NCBI RefSeq assembly: GCF_000315625.1
Contig: NW_005434665.1
Coordinates: forward strand, 1,004,796-1,068,795
From: Guillardia theta CCMP2712
Lineage: Eukaryota > Protista > Cryptophyta
Direction: 5' to 3'
Length of the DNA: 64,000 nt
Part shown: positions 60,642 through 64,000 of the stretch, one piece after another
Position numbering within the stretch: the first letter of the stretch is position 1
How the letters are laid out: each line of letters opens with the position of its first letter
Made by a program: the position numbers and the translations under genes
The notes under the pieces: model-generated
Told to the model about the DNA's origin: nothing
Seen by the model: only the letters and a program-made list of their open reading frames with translations
Databases searched by the model: none

Positions 60642-62080
60642 TCAGGCATTGAAGTCGAGGCCGAGGCGGTCGTACATGACCTGGTTGTTGTCCGTCCATC
60701 CTTTCCTCAGCTTGACTTTGAGAAACAGATGGACTGTGCATTCGAGGAACTTCATCATCTCCACGCGCGATCTTGTGCTGATGTCTTTGATCATGCCTAT
60801 CAGAATCTTCTTTTGCCCCTCCGTCTCCACAAAAATTGTCTGCTCAATGCGAATGCTCCCGTTCGGCTGCGTCTCATACGACTCCGTCTCCACGTAGCAG
60901 GCGTAGGGAACCTCCTCGTGAGCACGCAAGAAGATGGATTCACGCGTGAATTCTGCCACTAGATTGCGCATTGGAATGTTCGAGATCTGATCAACAGGAT
61001 ACAGCCATGGTCCGAGAGGGAGGCTATCCTTCAAGTAGGCCTTCAAGGCATCCAGTCCTCTTCCTGTCTTGGCGCTCACCGCAAAACTTTCTTGATCATC
61101 GATTCTCCATTGTCATGGACCCCGGCAGACAATCGCAGCGTCTCTGCAAGCTGCAGCAGCACTGGGCGCCTGTCGCCTTCCAGCTCATCAACCTTGTTGA
61201 GGATCAGGTTGTAGCGTTGACGTCGTTCCGTCAACCTCGACATGATCAGCTCCTCGTTGGTTCCAGCACGCAATTTCAAACGCTCCGGATCAACCGGAAG
61301 AGTCAAAGGAGCAGATTTTCTCCCAGTTCTCCCAGGCCCAGTCCCCCCGGGGATAATCTTGTCCGCGTCGATCAGAAAGAAGATCTCGTCAGCGTCACGA
61401 GCGCTGTTCCAGGCGGACTTCACCATGGCTTTGTTCAGCCTCTGCTTGGGTTTTGGCGCCATGATACCTGGTGTATCGATGTAGATGACTTGTGTTCCTC
61501 CCTCCATCGCGATCCCGTTGATGCTGTTCCTTGTCGTTTGACGCTTGTGGGTCACAATAGCAACTTTGGATCCAACTAACGCATTCAGCAAAGTGCTCTT
61601 GCCAGCATTAGGAGCCCCGAGAATGGCGACAGTCCCGCATCTCTTGGGGCCTTCAAACACATAGTCCTCATCCTCGTCCTGCTGCTCCTGATACATTTTC
61701 TGCATCTGCAATTGAAGGTCGTCTTCAATCGGCACCTCGTCGTCTGCGATCTCTACCTTGCTAGCTTCGTCTTCTTGATGATGGTCCTGCACTGAGTCAT
61801 GGACGTCCTTGTTTCCACTCGTTACATGCATTCTCGTGAGCTCCTCTTTCATGTTTCGATCCGATGGGCCAGAGAAGAAGAAGCGAGGATGATTCAGACT
61901 TGTTTCATGCACGTTTCGGGTTCTGAATCTGAGTGTGCATGCCTCCAAGGTGTGCATGCGGCGCATTCCATGAAGGACACTGACAGGCTGAATGAAGGCT
62001 ACTGATGTCGATGACGGCTTGACAAGCTGCATAAGAAGTAGTGTACGAGACATGCAAGCACCAATCTTGTTTGAACTCAT
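60642..62080 (-). CDS. era: GTPase Era (organelle-targeted), frame break at ~61080
   Basis: VAILGAPNAGKSTLLN, VTHKRQTTRN, DTPG, NKVD, VSAKTG, then KH region HEEVPY...QKKILIG...VHLFLKVK; N-terminal extension containing VAF. Confidence 0.92.
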
Positions 62081-62625
62081 CTTCCTGCCATTGAACGTCA
62101 GCTAAAAGTATCATATTACTTTTGCACATGGCAAAGACATGTCAAAAAGTCCCTCTTGCATAATTCCTGGTGAAATTTGTGCACGATTACCCGCGACACA
62201 TTTCGAATCTTCTACTTGTACATTTATGACAAGTAGACAAATGTATCCCATCACGTGTGATTCTACTTTCAGAAATTCGCTTTTCAGAACTGAAAATTCA
62301 AAACTGGCTCTGGTTTGCTGCCGACTATCACTACTCATCTTTCTCACCTCTCTTATTCAGCTTCCCTTGTTGTTTCAACCTCTTGCTCTCCATTCCTCTA
62401 TCGCTATCAGCCATCCTCCCTCTTCTTCTCTCCTCCTTCCCGCTCCCTTCCTCTCCTCCCCGTGCGGCATTGTCAGCCCCATTGCCATGAGCACATGCGG
62501 CCGCTCCTCAAAATGTTTACTCAACAAAGATACCAAAAAGCCTACTATATAAGTAATCTTTTTCTAGTAGTTGTGAAACTACTCAACAAGATATAACTAA
62601 AATCAGCACGGCATTGAGTCGCTCC

Positions 62626-64000
62626 ATGGTGTGGGTCGTGTGCCTGGCAATGGCGGGGATCGGGCTGCGACTGCAAGGAGGAGGAGGAGGAGGAGCAGTG
62701 AGAGCAGCAGCAACATCAGCATTTGCTGCTGCCTCCTCAGTCTCCTCAGTCTCCTCAGTCTCCTCAGCCTCGTTGGCTGCTAGAGCATGGAAGAGAGGGT
62801 TCTTGACGCGCGTCGTGGGCCCCTGTAGACTAAGAGGAGGAAGCTTTTTCCCTGATTGGATTCAGAGGAAGGAGAGGCTAGGAAAGTACAGCCCGTACGC
62901 CGCCGAGAGACAACTGACTACCTTGGAGGAGCCTGAGGAGGTTGGAGCTTGTTGTTGAAAGCTATCATGACTTGGCAGTGGTCCAGGGTGGCAAAGTTGG
63001 CGCGTTGTTCGGTCTCTGCAACTTAGCGACTCAAAACATGGTGGAGGGAAAGTATGTGACAACGTCTTTCCTTGCCCAGTGTTGGAAGCTCTCTTTTGTT
63101 GAAACCTCGCGATTGCAGGTTGCAACTGTACGAAGGGGATTTCGAGCTCATATCCACCTGTCTGAATGACATCACGCCAGAGGAGTTTGGCTTTCCTCCG
63201 GTCTTCAGTTTCTACATGCTCGAATCTAGTCTGAAAGGTTTGGCAGAGCCGAGACGACGGGAAGCCGATCATCGACTACGTGGACATGTATCCCAGTCTC
63301 CTTTGTTGGATGTTATTCATGTCGACTTTTCCAGCTTTGAGGAGAAGAATTTCACCGCCTGCATGTTCAAGATTCCAGCAGGATCTCGCCTCCCGATGCA
63401 TGATCATCCTGGGGTTAGTCTTCTAGCGATGCTCCCAGCAGCTCATGAGAGGATGGTAGATGTACGTCTGGAGCAAAGTACTCTGGGGAGAGATGGAAGT
63501 TTCATCCTACGACCGGGAGACAGCGCAAGGTCGTAGAAAGGAAGAGAACAGAATCGAGGCGTTTGACATGTTTCTTTCAGCGACCCCGCGAGACAAGTCC
63601 TTCCCTTCATTACCCTCTCAAGCTCTGGACCTCCGTCCGTTCAAGGTTAGCGTTGACCTCGGTTTGTAGAAGCTCAGTGGGTTTCAGGTCAAGACCAAGA
63701 GAGATAGAGAGGTTTGGAGGAGTGAGGACGGCGTGAAGATCACGACACCCACGGAAGGGAACATACACGAATTCCGGTGACAAGAAGATCAACAGCTGGC
63801 AACGTGCTGACGTCATGGTGGGCAGGGCGGTCACGACCTGCTGCTTTGTAGACGGTGCCAGACACCTCACTGTGTCCTTGTTCTGATGTGCTTGCAGTCA
63901 TCATGCCTCCGTACGACTTCATGCAGGGACGGCGCTGCACCTACTACGAGATCAACGACAGGGAGGATGGGACATGGGCCCGGCCCATCCGTTGCCCCGC
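62626..64000 (+). CDS. Plant cysteine oxidase/cysteamine dioxygenase (PCO/ADO) family protein with signal peptide and RLRGG; truncated by window end
   Basis: FTACMFKIPAGSRLPMHDHPG|MYVWSKVLWG, NIHEFR|AVTTCCFVD|VIMPPYD...GRRCTYY. Confidence 0.88.

Noticed and set aside
1-64000. tRNA, rRNA, snRNA, retroelement or viral insertion
   Set aside because: None recognised by eye; small ncRNAs cannot be excluded without covariance-model searches.

Overview
Eukaryotic nuclear DNA, gene-dense (about 25 protein-coding genes in 64 kb), with many ~45-100 nt spliceosomal introns, abundant homopurine/homopyrimidine microsatellites and two ~100-N assembly gaps. The short introns, a signal peptide + 'AF' bipartite plastid-targeting motif and flagellar genes point to an alga with a red secondary plastid, most likely a cryptophyte (Guillardia theta-like); this is inference. 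Most short ORFs in the track are exon fragments or shadow frames, so genes were rebuilt by joining exons by eye and boundaries are approximate. Recognisable genes: RRP12, USP12/46, a CCR4/nocturnin-family deadenylase, IMP4, a WCGPC thioredoxin (dynein light chain-like; absent from the ORF track), FARSB, NF-YB, LPA3/DUF1995, CUEDC2-like, KATNIP, a cystathionine gamma-synthase/lyase, SYS1, Era and a PCO/ADO thiol dioxygenase. The most interesting observations: (1) four unrelated proteins share a signal-peptide-like N-terminus followed ~35-50 aa later by a ubiquitin-C-terminus mimic (LR)LRGG; (2) an LRR receptor with tyrosine-kinase signatures, a WNK-style relocated catalytic lysine and a C-terminal RING finger; (3) a circularly permuted, catalytically degenerate pepsin-fold membrane protein; (4) an EF-hand/ADP-ribosylglycohydrolase fusion; (5) recurrent intergenic elements (GC-rich palindromic islands, strand-skewed G-tract blocks, GTAACG clusters, one exact 28-bp repeat). 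No rRNA, tRNA, CRISPR array or transposase was recognised.
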